Assembly: GCA_964458555.1 (NCBI GenBank)
Contig: CAYWJH010000005.1
Coordinates: forward strand, 748-64,747
Length of the DNA: 64,000 bases
Reading direction: 5' to 3'
DNA from: an uncultured Spirochaetaceae bacterium
GTDB taxonomy: Bacteria; Spirochaetota; Spirochaetia; DSM-27196; SLST01
Below, piece after piece: positions 1 to 9,119 of this stretch. The notes beneath the pieces were generated by a model. The model was not told where the DNA came from, did not search any database, and was given only the letters and a program-made list of their open reading frames with translations. Each line of letters starts with the position of its first letter. Positions within the stretch are counted from its first letter, which is position 1. Both the position numbers and the translations under genes were made by a program.

Positions 1-773
1 CGGTTCCCGCGATCATGCGCGGTCCCATGGTCACGAACTACGTCCAGCAGTTCCTCCACCAGGTCAACTGGGGCGAGCTCGACTACCTCTTCCTCGACTT
101 CCCGCCGGGGACCGGCGATGTCCAGATCACGATCACGCAGAGCGTGGAGATGGACGGCGCGGTCATCGTCACGACACCGCACGTGCTCTCCGCCGCCGAC
201 GTGGGGCGTGCCATTCAGATGTTCGACAAGGTCACCGTACCCGTTCTGGGAGTCGTGGAGAACATGAGCTACTTCGTCGCTCCGGACACGGGCAAGCAGT
301 ACCACGTCTTCGGTCAAGGCGCCGCGGAGCGCATCGGAACGCACTACGGGCTGCCCATCCTCGGCCAGCTTCCCATCTCGCCCGAGGAGTACGGGGGGCC
401 GACCACGCGCAGCCCACGTTCGCAGCCCGTCGGGAATACGATCGACGCGATGGTCCGTCAGCTCGGTCGCAGCCGAGCGGGTCTGCAGCGCCCGGAGGTC
501 ACCTACGACGAGCACTCGGTTACCCTCCACTGGCCCGACGGCAGCACGACCGCAGTCGACAACCGCACCCTGCGCGCGAGCTGCCAGTGCGCGCTGTGCG
601 TAGACGAGTTCTCAGGAGAGCAGAAGCTCGACGTCGATTCGATCCCCGAGTCGATCCATCCGGAGACCGTGGATACGGTGGGCAACTACGCGCTCAGCAT
701 CGAGTGGAGCGACGGGCACACGACCGGGTTCTTCCCGTACAGCCGCATCCGCGAGCTCGCCGGCGAGACGTAA
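1..773 (+). CDS. Mrp/ApbC-type P-loop Fe-S cluster carrier ATPase (C-terminal part) fused to a DUF971-like domain; 5' end lies outside the window
   Basis: The frame is open to the window edge. Mrp/NBP35 motifs are present (LDYLFLDFPPGTGD, VVENMSYF). The C-terminal ~90 aa (HWPDGS...CQCALCVDE...IEWSDGHTTGFFPYSRIREL) is DUF971-like. Confidence 0.85.
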   Translation, partial: VPAIMRGPMVTNYVQQFLHQVNWGELDYLFLDFPPGTGDVQITITQSVEMDGAVIVTTPHVLSAADVGRAIQMFDKVTVPVLGVVENMSYFVAPDTGKQYHVFGQGAAERIGTHYGLPILGQLPISPEEYGGPTTRSPRSQPVGNTIDAMVRQLGRSRAGLQRPEVTYDEHSVTLHWPDGSTTAVDNRTLRASCQCALCVDEFSGEQKLDVDSIPESIHPETVDTVGNYALSIEWSDGHTTGFFPYSRIRELAGET

Positions 774-821
774 CCGGTACTCGCTTGCGCGTGGGGCGGG
801 CGTGCGGTAGGATGCTCGACC

Positions 822-2429
822 ATGATTGCAGAGCTCACCCTTTCAGGCTCGTACCGCGATACCGCGTATCAGGTCAAATCGCTGATGCGAGTTTCACGGC
901 GAGCGACGTTCCGGTTCGATCGCTTCTTCGCACGTTGTCACGCTATTCGATCGGACCGCAAGGTGACCCATGTCGTCGTCCATGTAAAGAGAGATTTCGC
1001 CGCCGCGACCGTGGCGGCGCTCGAAGAGATTCGCGGTGAACTCGCCTCGCTCGTCTCTGCGGGAAAAGAGCTCGTCTTCTACGCCACCGAGTACCGCGAC
1101 GAACACCTCTACCTCGCGTCGGTATGCACCCGGCGCATCCTGCACCCGCTCGGGTCGCTGCGCTGTGGGGGGCTCGCGCGCACGAACCTGTTCTTCAAGC
1201 GGCTCGGCGACCGGTTCGGCGCGAACGTTCAGATCGTCCGCCGCGGCGCCTACAAGAGCGCGATGGATCGTTTCCGGCTCGACGAAATCGATCCGGCGAA
1301 CCTCGAACAGTACTCGCGCTGGCTCGAGGTCGGCGCGGCGGCCATGCACGACGCCACGTGCACCGGATACCGAAAGCGGCGCGAGGAGCTCGACGAGCTG
1401 CTCGCCGGCCGTCTACTCAGCTCCAGCGAGGCGCTCGAGGCCGGATGGGTCGACCGGACCGTACCGCTCGACACGCTGCGAGCCGAGTGGCGAGACGAGA
1501 AGCGGAAGACGCGCGCGGTAAAGGCCCGCGATCGCGTCGGTCGGGGGAAACGCGTCGCCGTGCTCTTCTTCGAGGGATCGATCGTCGAAGGAAAGAACTC
1601 GTACAACGCCGCGCTCGGTCAGATGATCGGCTCGGAGAGCTTCGTCAACGAGGTCGACGCGCTGCGCAAGAACAAGCGCGTCAAGGCCGTCGTGCTTCGC
1701 GTCAACTCCGGCGGAGGGTCCGCCGTCGCGAGCGAGGACATCCGCGCCGCGCTCGTCCGGCTCGCCGAGAAGAAACCGTTGGTCGTGTCCATGTCCGAAG
1801 TGGCGGGCTCCGGCGGCTACTGGATCGCGATGAACGGTGCGACCGTCTTCGCGCTACGAACGACGCTGACCGGCAGTATCGGCGTGATCAACCTCGCGCT
1901 CGACGTGGGGAACGCGCTCGCGAAGCGGGGCATTACGCACTCGACGATCCGCACGCACGAGCACGCCGACGCCGCCGGCGTGTTCCGCTCGCTCGACCGG
2001 CATGAGCTCGAACAGCTCGACGGACAGGTCGACGCGATCTACGAGCGGTTCCTCGCGCTGGTCGGTGAGCATCGCTCCATGTCTCGCGGCGATGTCGACG
2101 AGCGCGCGCAGGGCCGCGTCTGGGCCGGGCTCGACGCAGAGGCGCAGCGGCTCGTCGACCGCCTTGGGGGGCTCTCCGACGCGATCGCAGACGCGCGTTC
2201 GCAGGCGGGTCTCTCTCGCGCGCGCGTCGAGTTCCGCCCGCGCGTGAAGTACAGCATCGTCGAGCGGATGATCTACGCCCGCAGCGGGGCCGCCGGGCTC
2301 GCCGGCGCCTTGCTCGGGGGCGTTCGTACGCTCGACCGGATCGCCGGACGTCCGCTCGTCCTCGAGCCGATCGCGCTATTCGACCACCGGACGCTCGACG
2401 CGCTCAATGCAGATCTCGAGGTCGAATAG
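822..2429 (+). CDS. sppA: Signal peptide peptidase SppA (S49 family, two-domain 67K type)
   Basis: 535 aa. S49 motifs are present: VLRVNSGGGSAVASEDI, SMSEVAGSGGYWIAM, GSIGV. Confidence 0.85.
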   Translation: MIAELTLSGSYRDTAYQVKSLMRVSRRATFRFDRFFARCHAIRSDRKVTHVVVHVKRDFAAATVAALEEIRGELASLVSAGKELVFYATEYRDEHLYLASVCTRRILHPLGSLRCGGLARTNLFFKRLGDRFGANVQIVRRGAYKSAMDRFRLDEIDPANLEQYSRWLEVGAAAMHDATCTGYRKRREELDELLAGRLLSSSEALEAGWVDRTVPLDTLRAEWRDEKRKTRAVKARDRVGRGKRVAVLFFEGSIVEGKNSYNAALGQMIGSESFVNEVDALRKNKRVKAVVLRVNSGGGSAVASEDIRAALVRLAEKKPLVVSMSEVAGSGGYWIAMNGATVFALRTTLTGSIGVINLALDVGNALAKRGITHSTIRTHEHADAAGVFRSLDRHELEQLDGQVDAIYERFLALVGEHRSMSRGDVDERAQGRVWAGLDAEAQRLVDRLGGLSDAIADARSQAGLSRARVEFRPRVKYSIVERMIYARSGAAGLAGALLGGVRTLDRIAGRPLVLEPIALFDHRTLDALNADLEVE

Positions 2430-2633
2430 CCGATACCGGTCAATGTAGTCGACCGCACCCTCGGGAACGTCTCCGAGGTGCGCGTGGAAGCGCTGGATCG
2501 TGCGGTAGTGCGACGGATTCATGACGACTCGCGTCGCCTCGCGCCCGTGCTCCTCGATCTCGCGGCGTTGGCGGTAGACGTCGAGGATCAGCTCCTCGGC
2601 GCGTGTGCTGTCTGGAGCCGAATCGTCGGCCAC
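2376..2633 (-). CDS. Hypothetical small protein (85 aa)
   Basis: GTG start, balanced amino-acid composition and high GC3. It overlaps the sppA 3' end by 54 nt and lies just downstream of the hppA terminator. No family recognised. Confidence 0.4.
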   Translation of the reverse strand: MADDSAPDSTRAEELILDVYRQRREIEEHGREATRVVMNPSHYRTIQRFHAHLGDVPEGAVDYIDRYRLFDLEICIERVERPVVE

Positions 2634-2645
2634 ACCTACCCCCTA

Positions 2646-2672
2646 CAAAAACGGCGCCCCCGAGGGGGCGCC
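2646..2672 (-). terminator. Rho-independent terminator of hppA
   Basis: On the minus strand an 8-bp GC stem (GGCGCCCC/GGGGCGCC) with a 4-nt loop is followed by GTTTTTG. It lies 19 nt after the hppA stop. Confidence 0.8.
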
Positions 2673-2690
2673 GCAGTATCGTCCGGGCTG

Positions 2691-4859
2691 TCAGCCTCCG
2701 AAGAGCGACAACAGGTTGTACTTCTGGAAGATACTGACCGCGATCAGCGAAACGACCGCCATGATCTTGATCAGGATGTCGAGCGACGGGCCGACCGTAT
2801 CCTTGAGCGGATCGCCGACCGTATCGCCGACGACGCCGGCTGCGTGGGCCTCCGAGCCCTTGCCGCCGTGGTGACCGTTCTCAATATACTTCTTGCCGTT
2901 GTCCCACGCCCCGCCGGAGTTCGCCGTGAACAGCGCGAGCATGATCGCCGATAGCGTCGTTCCGATCAACAGACCGCCGACAAACTCGGTTCCGAGCGCG
3001 AAGCCGGTCACAAGCGGCGTGAGAACCGCGATCAGCGCCGGGCCCTTCATCTCCGACAGCGAGCCCTGCGAGGAGATTTCGATGCACAGGCGGTAGTCGG
3101 GGCGCGACTCGCCGGTCAGAATCTTCGGGTCGGCCTGGAACTGCCGGCGCACCTCGTCGACCATCTTGCGCGCCGCCTTGGCGACCGCTTCGATAAGGAT
3201 GCCGGAGAACAGGTACGGCAGCGCGGCGCCGACGAGCCCGCCGGCGAGCGTCATCGGATTGATGATGTTGAGAATCAGCTCGAACATCCCCTGCGTATTC
3301 TCAGGGCCTGCCTGCGAGTAGAGGTACGAGGCAAACAGCGACAGCGCCGCGAGCGCGGCCGATCCGATCGCAAATCCCTTGCCGATCGCAGCCGTCGTGT
3401 TTCCGACCGAGTCGAGCTCGTCGGTGATTTCGCGCACGTGCGGGTCGAGCTCGGACATCTCGCTGATACCGCCCGCGTTGTCCGCGATGGGCCCGTAGGT
3501 GTCGACCGACACCGTCGCCACGACGAAGCTCAGCATACCGATCGCGGCCATGGCCACGCCGTAGAGACCGGCGAGCGCGTTCGCACCGATGACCGCGACG
3601 GCGAGCATGAGGATGGGGAAGAAGGTCGACTTCATCCCGATCGCGAGCCCCTGCGTGATCGTCAGCGCCGTGCCCTGCCGGCTCGCGGCGGCGATGCCCT
3701 GCGTCGGACCGTAGTCGTAGCTCGTGAAGTACTCGGCGAGCTGACCGATGATGATGCCGCTGAGGATACCGAGGATCGCGGCGAGCCACGGCGAGAACGG
3801 ACCGGCGGCGAATCCGAGGATGGGCGTGAAGACCTCGTCCCGGAAGAGGACCCAGGTCAGGATGCCGTTGCCGATCAGGGTCAGCGCGGCGCTCGTCCAC
3901 GTGGACACGTTGAGCTCGCGGTGCGGCTTGTCGGACGGCTTCTTCACCAGCAGCGTCAGGATCCCGATGATAGAGGCGACCATGCCGATCGACGCGAACA
4001 TGATCGGATAGTTGATCAGCTTCGTGATCAGCGATTCGCTCATGGGTTCCGGCGACGCCGTCGTCGTGTAGAACATGTACGCGGCGAGCACGACGCTCGA
4101 AATGAGCGACCCGACGTAGCTCTCGAGCAGGTCGGCGCCGAGACCGGCGACGTCACCGACGTTGTCACCCACGTTATCCGCGATCGTCGCGGGGTTTCGC
4201 GGGTCGTCTTCCGGGATATGGGCCTCGGTCTTTCCGACGAGGTCGGCACCCATGTCGGCGGCCTTCGTGTAGATACCGCCACCGACTCGGTCGAACATCG
4301 CGATGATCGAGCAGCCGAGCGCGTAGCCGGAAACGGTCATCGTGAAGGGGATGAAGTTGACCCCCAACCAGTTCTGGATGATGACCAGCTGGCCAATGTC
4401 CGTCTGTCCGAGGATCATACCGAACACGACGTAGATAATGCCGAGCCCGAGAAGCGCGAACCCGCCGACCGCGAGACCCATGACGCTTCCACCGCGGAAC
4501 GCGACCTGCAGCGTCTCTCCGAGACTGCCGGTCTCCCGCGCGCGGTTGGACACGCGCACGTTCGCGAGCGTGGCGATCTTCATGCCGATCCACCCCGCCG
4601 AGGCGCTCATCACCGCTCCCAGGATGAACGAAATACCCGTGTACCACGAGACAACGACACCGAGCAGGACCGCGATGAGAACCGCGATCCCGAGTATCAG
4701 CTTGTACTCGTGACGTATGAACGCGTCAGCTCCGTCCTGGATGGCGGCCGCGATCTCCTGCATCAGCGGGGTTCCGGTGTCCAGGCGCTTCACGCCGTAG
4801 AAGTTCACGGCGGCGAAGCTCAGCGCACCTACTACTGCGACAACTAAAAATCCTAGCAT
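2691..4859 (-). CDS. hppA: Membrane-bound H+/Na+-translocating pyrophosphatase
   Basis: 722 aa polytopic protein with diagnostic motifs GGGIYTKAADMGADLVGK, DNVGDNVGDVAGLGADL and GDTVGDPLKDT. Confidence 0.97.
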   Translation of the reverse strand: MLGFLVVAVVGALSFAAVNFYGVKRLDTGTPLMQEIAAAIQDGADAFIRHEYKLILGIAVLIAVLLGVVVSWYTGISFILGAVMSASAGWIGMKIATLANVRVSNRARETGSLGETLQVAFRGGSVMGLAVGGFALLGLGIIYVVFGMILGQTDIGQLVIIQNWLGVNFIPFTMTVSGYALGCSIIAMFDRVGGGIYTKAADMGADLVGKTEAHIPEDDPRNPATIADNVGDNVGDVAGLGADLLESYVGSLISSVVLAAYMFYTTTASPEPMSESLITKLINYPIMFASIGMVASIIGILTLLVKKPSDKPHRELNVSTWTSAALTLIGNGILTWVLFRDEVFTPILGFAAGPFSPWLAAILGILSGIIIGQLAEYFTSYDYGPTQGIAAASRQGTALTITQGLAIGMKSTFFPILMLAVAVIGANALAGLYGVAMAAIGMLSFVVATVSVDTYGPIADNAGGISEMSELDPHVREITDELDSVGNTTAAIGKGFAIGSAALAALSLFASYLYSQAGPENTQGMFELILNIINPMTLAGGLVGAALPYLFSGILIEAVAKAARKMVDEVRRQFQADPKILTGESRPDYRLCIEISSQGSLSEMKGPALIAVLTPLVTGFALGTEFVGGLLIGTTLSAIMLALFTANSGGAWDNGKKYIENGHHGGKGSEAHAAGVVGDTVGDPLKDTVGPSLDILIKIMAVVSLIAVSIFQKYNLLSLFGG

Positions 4860-4966
4860 AGTGGGCTTCCCTTTCGTTTGATTATCTCAGGCGAAATCGC
4901 CGTTGGGACGTATAGTAGCATACATTGGTTTCGTACATCAATTCATCAGAACGAAAGGATTTTCCC

Positions 4967-5464
4967 GTGTCTGCATCGATTCACGAGTACGACTGGAGCA
5001 GCTTCGCACCGACCGAACGCGCTGTCATCGCCTTCGCCCGCCTGGACGGACATGTCCTCCTGATCCACAAGAAGCGAGGCCTGGGCGCGGGCAAGATCAA
5101 CGGCCCCGGAGGACGGATCGAGCGGGGAGAGTCGCCCGAAGAGGCGGCCGTGCGCGAGACATGGGAGGAGGTGGGGCTTACGCTGCGGGATCCGGTGGAG
5201 GCGGCGACCCTCCATTTCGTCTTCCTCGACGGATACCGCCTGACGGTCTACGTGTTCGTCTCCTACGAGTTCGATGGCGCGCTCGTGGAAACCGACGAGG
5301 CGAAGCCGTTCTGGGTTCCCGACACGGCGATACCCTACGAGGCCATGTGGGCCGACGACGCGCACTGGCTACCGGAAGTCCTCGACGGCGGTTACGTCGA
5401 GGGGCGGTTCGCGTTCGACGGCGACTCGATGCTCTCCTCGAGCGTCGAGGTTCGCCCCCGGTAG
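4967..5464 (+). CDS. NUDIX hydrolase (MutT-like)
   Basis: Nudix box GPGGRIERGESPEEAAVRETWEEVGL. The GTG at 4967 follows AAAGGA. Codons between the ORF-track TTG (4925) and 4967 have low GC3, so that extension is probably non-coding. Confidence 0.85.
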   Translation: MSASIHEYDWSSFAPTERAVIAFARLDGHVLLIHKKRGLGAGKINGPGGRIERGESPEEAAVRETWEEVGLTLRDPVEAATLHFVFLDGYRLTVYVFVSYEFDGALVETDEAKPFWVPDTAIPYEAMWADDAHWLPEVLDGGYVEGRFAFDGDSMLSSSVEVRPR

Positions 5465-7662
5465 GCCGACTCGGTGGCCAGCACGACCCCCGATTTGCCG
5501 TCCTCCTTCGCCCGATACATCGCCTGATCGGCGGCGACAAGCAGCTCGTTGTAGCTCTCTCCGTGCGACGGGAAGAGGCTCACGCCGATGCTCGCGGTCA
5601 GGGTGGCGATCAGCTCCCCGATCGACAGCGGCTGCGCGATCCCGGCGAGTACCTTCGCCGCGATCGCGCGCGCCTCCTGCGCGCTGCCCACGTCGCGCAG
5701 CACGAGGACGAACTCGTCGCCGCCGATCCGCGCGACGGTGTCCGACTGGCGCACCGCGGCGCGCAACCGATCGGCGAGGCGGACCAGTACCTGGTCGCCC
5801 ATCTCGTGGCCGTAGGCGTCGTTGACCGGCTTGAAACTATCTATGTCGACGTAGAGCAGCGCAAACATCTGCTCCTGTCTGCGGGCGAGCGGAATGTGCT
5901 CATGGATGAGCTCGACGAGGAGCCGCCGATTCGGCAGACCCGTGAGAATATCGTGGTTCGCGAGGTGCTCGATCCGCCCGTACGCGCGTTCGAGCTCCTT
6001 CTTCTCGCCCTCGAGCGTCTCGTTCAGCTCTCTGATGGTGCGAAGCTTGCGCGCGTTGTCCATCGCTACCGCGATGTAGGGTACGAGCAGGCGAAGAACC
6101 GCCATACGCTCGTCGTCGTACGCGTTGCGGCGATAGCTCTGAACGGTCAGTACGCCGATGATTCGCCCCTCGAGCTCGAGCGGGAGATAGACGATCGACC
6201 TCGACTTTCCCGCCGTGAACCGCTTCGGACGCTCGATGTACCGCGAATACTCCTTCTCCGCGTTATTGAGGCAGATCTCCTCGCGGTTGCGCACGACCCA
6301 AGTCGCAAAGCTCTCCTTGCTCGAAACGGGCAGCACGAACGGCGTGAGCCGCTGGTTGTCCTCGATGACCACGGCGAAATCGAGCGATGCGTCCTGCTCC
6401 TCGAAGAAAGCCACGCCGAAGACGTCGGCGCTCATGAGCTCGTTCACCCGATCGTGCAACCGGCGCGCGATCTCATCGAGCTCCATCGCGGCGGTCAGCT
6501 CCGAGCCGATCCGGTACATCAGTTGGAGCGTGCGATTCCGTCGCGCAAGCTCGTCCGACTTCTCGCGAAGCTCCACGTTTCGCAGACGGACGATCTCCGC
6601 CTCCATCCGCGCCTGGTCGAGCTCGTGGCGCGCCTCGAGCGTCCGCAGGCGCCGAGCAGCGTCGGCGCCGGCGTGCTCGCGTTGCAGCTCGAGCAGCCAT
6701 CTCCCGAGGAGGTACGCCGCCTCCACGTCACCGCTCTGCGCCCGCAAATCGGCAAGACGCTCGACGAGCTCCATGGCGGTGATCTGAGCATCGGTCTCCC
6801 GCGCGATCGATACCGCCCGACGCGCGTGCTCTTCCGCCTCGTCGAGACGGCCGGCCGAAAGCAACAGCTCCACGAGCGACTCGAGCGACGCGATGACACC
6901 GCTCGGATGCCCGATCTCCTCGCATAGCTCGATGCTCTGATAGTGAAGCGCCTCTGCCTCTCCGTCGGGATCCTTCCCTCCGTTTCTGCGTAAGGTCGCC
7001 CGCCCGAGCTGAGAGAGCGCCTCCGCCTCGATGATCCGATCGCCCGCGGAGGCCGCGCGCGCGAGCGCACGGTCGAGTCCGTCCAGGGCCTGTTCCTCGT
7101 CGCCTCGCTCGATCTGGATCCGCGCGATGTTCACCTCCACGGTCGCGAGGATTCCTTCGTTGTCGAGCTCTGCGGCCAGCTCGAGCGCTCGCTCGTAGTG
7201 TTGGAGCGCGTCGGCGTAGTTACCGACCGCCGCGTGGAGCTCGCCCAGGTTGTTGAGGCTCGCGATCCGTCGCTCGTGGGTCGGCGCGCGATCGGCCATC
7301 CGCAGCGCGTTTTCGAACAGCTCGCGGGCCCGCTCCGTCTCGCCAACCCGAAACGAGATCACACCGAGCGCGTTCGTCGCCTTATTCACGCCTTCCTCGT
7401 CGGCCATCCGGAGGTAGCCTTCGCGTGAATCGGTAACAGCGCCAACCGCGTCGTCGTAGCGGCCCAGGTAGATCAACGCCCACCCCGCGTTGAGCCGCGC
7501 CTCCGCGAGACCGGCGTCGTCGCCCGCCGCCTCGGCATCGGCACGAGCCTCTTCCGCGAAGCGCAGCGCCGCACGTGGATTGCTCTGCGACACGTCCCAG
7601 GACTGCGCGTTGAGTTGTGCGACCCGACGACTGGCGTCGGGAACAGGTGCTTCGTGGGCCAT
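5392..7662 (-). CDS. TPR - coiled coil - GAF - GGDEF diguanylate cyclase
   Basis: 756 aa with N-terminal TPR-like repeats and a C-terminal GGDEF domain (RIGGDEFVLVL, YRAKEDGKS). Its tail overlaps the NUDIX 3' end by 73 nt (convergent genes). Confidence 0.9.
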   Translation of the reverse strand: MAHEAPVPDASRRVAQLNAQSWDVSQSNPRAALRFAEEARADAEAAGDDAGLAEARLNAGWALIYLGRYDDAVGAVTDSREGYLRMADEEGVNKATNALGVISFRVGETERARELFENALRMADRAPTHERRIASLNNLGELHAAVGNYADALQHYERALELAAELDNEGILATVEVNIARIQIERGDEEQALDGLDRALARAASAGDRIIEAEALSQLGRATLRRNGGKDPDGEAEALHYQSIELCEEIGHPSGVIASLESLVELLLSAGRLDEAEEHARRAVSIARETDAQITAMELVERLADLRAQSGDVEAAYLLGRWLLELQREHAGADAARRLRTLEARHELDQARMEAEIVRLRNVELREKSDELARRNRTLQLMYRIGSELTAAMELDEIARRLHDRVNELMSADVFGVAFFEEQDASLDFAVVIEDNQRLTPFVLPVSSKESFATWVVRNREEICLNNAEKEYSRYIERPKRFTAGKSRSIVYLPLELEGRIIGVLTVQSYRRNAYDDERMAVLRLLVPYIAVAMDNARKLRTIRELNETLEGEKKELERAYGRIEHLANHDILTGLPNRRLLVELIHEHIPLARRQEQMFALLYVDIDSFKPVNDAYGHEMGDQVLVRLADRLRAAVRQSDTVARIGGDEFVLVLRDVGSAQEARAIAAKVLAGIAQPLSIGELIATLTASIGVSLFPSHGESYNELLVAADQAMYRAKEDGKSGVVLATESAYRGRTSTLEESIESPSNANRPST

Positions 7663-7816
7663 CTCGCCTCTGCATCCAGTATAGAGATCGGGCGTGAATG
7701 GTAAAGTACGCCGGTCTCGGAATCGGCGTTGCTTTTCCGTATAATTGGTGACATCACGAGCCCGCGCCGGTGTTGGATAGGTCAGGAAGAACCGGAATGG
7801 GCATCAGGAAGACGAC

Positions 7817-8296
7817 GTGGCAGTTGACGTTGAAGCCTACTACAGGAAATACGGTGCGATGGTGCACAGGCGCTGCAGATTCATGTTGCGCGACGATGAG
7901 GCGGCCCTCGACGCGATGCAGGACGTCTTCGTCGAGCTTCTGCGACGAGAGAAGGACCTCGTGCACTCGGCGCCTTCGAGTCTGCTCTACACCATCGCGA
8001 CCAACGTCTGTCTCAACCGTATCCGCACGAGTAAGCGACGTCCGGAGACCCGCGACGACGAGATCCTGCTCACCATCGCCGGCGACGAGGGGCCGGAGGA
8101 CCGGACGCTCTCCGGGCACTTCCTCGATCGGCTCTTCGCCCGCGAGCCCGAGAGCACGCGGACGATGGCTGTTCTCCACTACGTCGACGGGTTCACGCTC
8201 GAAGAGACGGCGCAACAGGTGGGTATGTCGGTCAGCGGGGTCCGAAAGCGTCTCCGCCAGCTGCGCGCGCGCGGGCTCGAGCTCAAGGACTTGTGA
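7817..8296 (+). CDS. ECF (group 4) sigma-70 family sigma factor
   Basis: 159 aa. Region 2 (MQDVFVELLRR...LYTIATNVCLNRIR) and region 4 (LHYVDGFTLEETAQQVGMSVSGVRKRL) are recognisable. GTG start after AGGAAG. Confidence 0.9.
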   Translation: MAVDVEAYYRKYGAMVHRRCRFMLRDDEAALDAMQDVFVELLRREKDLVHSAPSSLLYTIATNVCLNRIRTSKRRPETRDDEILLTIAGDEGPEDRTLSGHFLDRLFAREPESTRTMAVLHYVDGFTLEETAQQVGMSVSGVRKRLRQLRARGLELKDL

Positions 8297-8305
8297 GGTC
8301 GCATT

Positions 8306-9118
8306 ATGAGCGAGAAACGTGTACCGGACTTTCTGATCGAACAGTACGTGCTCGGCGAGTTGCCGCCCGAGAAGGCGCGCGAGGTCGAGCGATCCGAACG
8401 ATTCGCCGAGCGGGTTGCCGAGGTCGAGCGGGACACCGAACGCTTCCTCGAGGCGCATCCCCCGCAGGCGTTCGCCCAGCGTATTCGTAACGCGTACGAA
8501 GCAGCCGAGCGCTCGCCGGCGCCGTCGTCGGCGCGCAGTCGACCGGGGGCGGGGCGCACGATCCGTTTCATGACGTTCGCCGTGCCGGGCGCGGCGGCGG
8601 TCCTCGCGCTCGCCTTCGTTCTCTTCGGCGGGCTCGGCATCGACACCGCACCGGTCGTCGATCCCGACTCGGAGATCGTCCGCCTCAAAGGCGCCGAACC
8701 CCGAATCTCGGTGTACCGGTCCGCGGGGACCGAGGACGCCGAAGAGCTCGCCGACGGCGACGTCGCCCGACAGGGCGACCTACTCCAGATCACCTACACC
8801 GCCTCCGGCCGCGCGTTCGGCGCGGTCGTCAGCGTGGACGGTCGCGGTACGGTGACCCTGCACTACCCCCCGACGCCGTCGAGCGAGCCCGCGCTGTCGA
8901 CCGGTGGCGAACAGCAGCTACCCTACGCGTATCGGCTCGACGACGCTCCGGCGTTCGAGCGCTTCTACTTCGTCACGTCGGAGACCCTCTTCGACGTCTC
9001 CGAGCTGCTCAGCCGCATCCGCACGCAGGCGGATTCGATCGTCTCGAGCCCGGACACGGAGCTTCGCCTCCCCGGTGATTTCGAGGTCGAAGCGATTACG
9101 ATTCGTAAAGGAGAGTGA
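8306..9118 (+). CDS. Putative membrane anti-sigma factor with a periplasmic beta-rich (DUF4384-like?) domain
   Basis: Starts 9 nt after the ECF gene. It has an N-terminal anti-sigma-type helix (LIEQYVLGELPPEKAREVE), one TM segment (FAVPGAAAVLALAFVLFGGLG) and a periplasmic segment GDLLQITYTASGRAFGAVVSVDGRGTVTLHYP. Confidence 0.7.
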   Translation: MSEKRVPDFLIEQYVLGELPPEKAREVERSERFAERVAEVERDTERFLEAHPPQAFAQRIRNAYEAAERSPAPSSARSRPGAGRTIRFMTFAVPGAAAVLALAFVLFGGLGIDTAPVVDPDSEIVRLKGAEPRISVYRSAGTEDAEELADGDVARQGDLLQITYTASGRAFGAVVSVDGRGTVTLHYPPTPSSEPALSTGGEQQLPYAYRLDDAPAFERFYFVTSETLFDVSELLSRIRTQADSIVSSPDTELRLPGDFEVEAITIRKGE

Positions 9119-9119
9119 C

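Noticed and set aside
5392-5464. Convergent gene overlaps, considered as possible regulatory antisense arrangements. These are NUDIX/diguanylate cyclase (73 nt), sppA/small ORF (54 nt) and caspase-like/sigma (4 nt).
   Set aside because: The overlaps involve non-conserved C-terminal tails. They are most simply explained by the scarcity of stop codons in a high-GC genome. No extra signal was seen.
8904-9119. ORF-track starts that lengthen real genes. These are 8904 for the caspase-like gene, 13111 for ptrB, 13567 for the NlpD-like gene, 51643 for carB, 4925 for the NUDIX gene, 31646 for the acidic ORF and 21277 for lepA.
   Set aside because: The extensions overlap the preceding genes or have low GC3 or implausible sequence. 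Internal starts with SD sequences, signal peptides or homology-consistent N-termini fit better.
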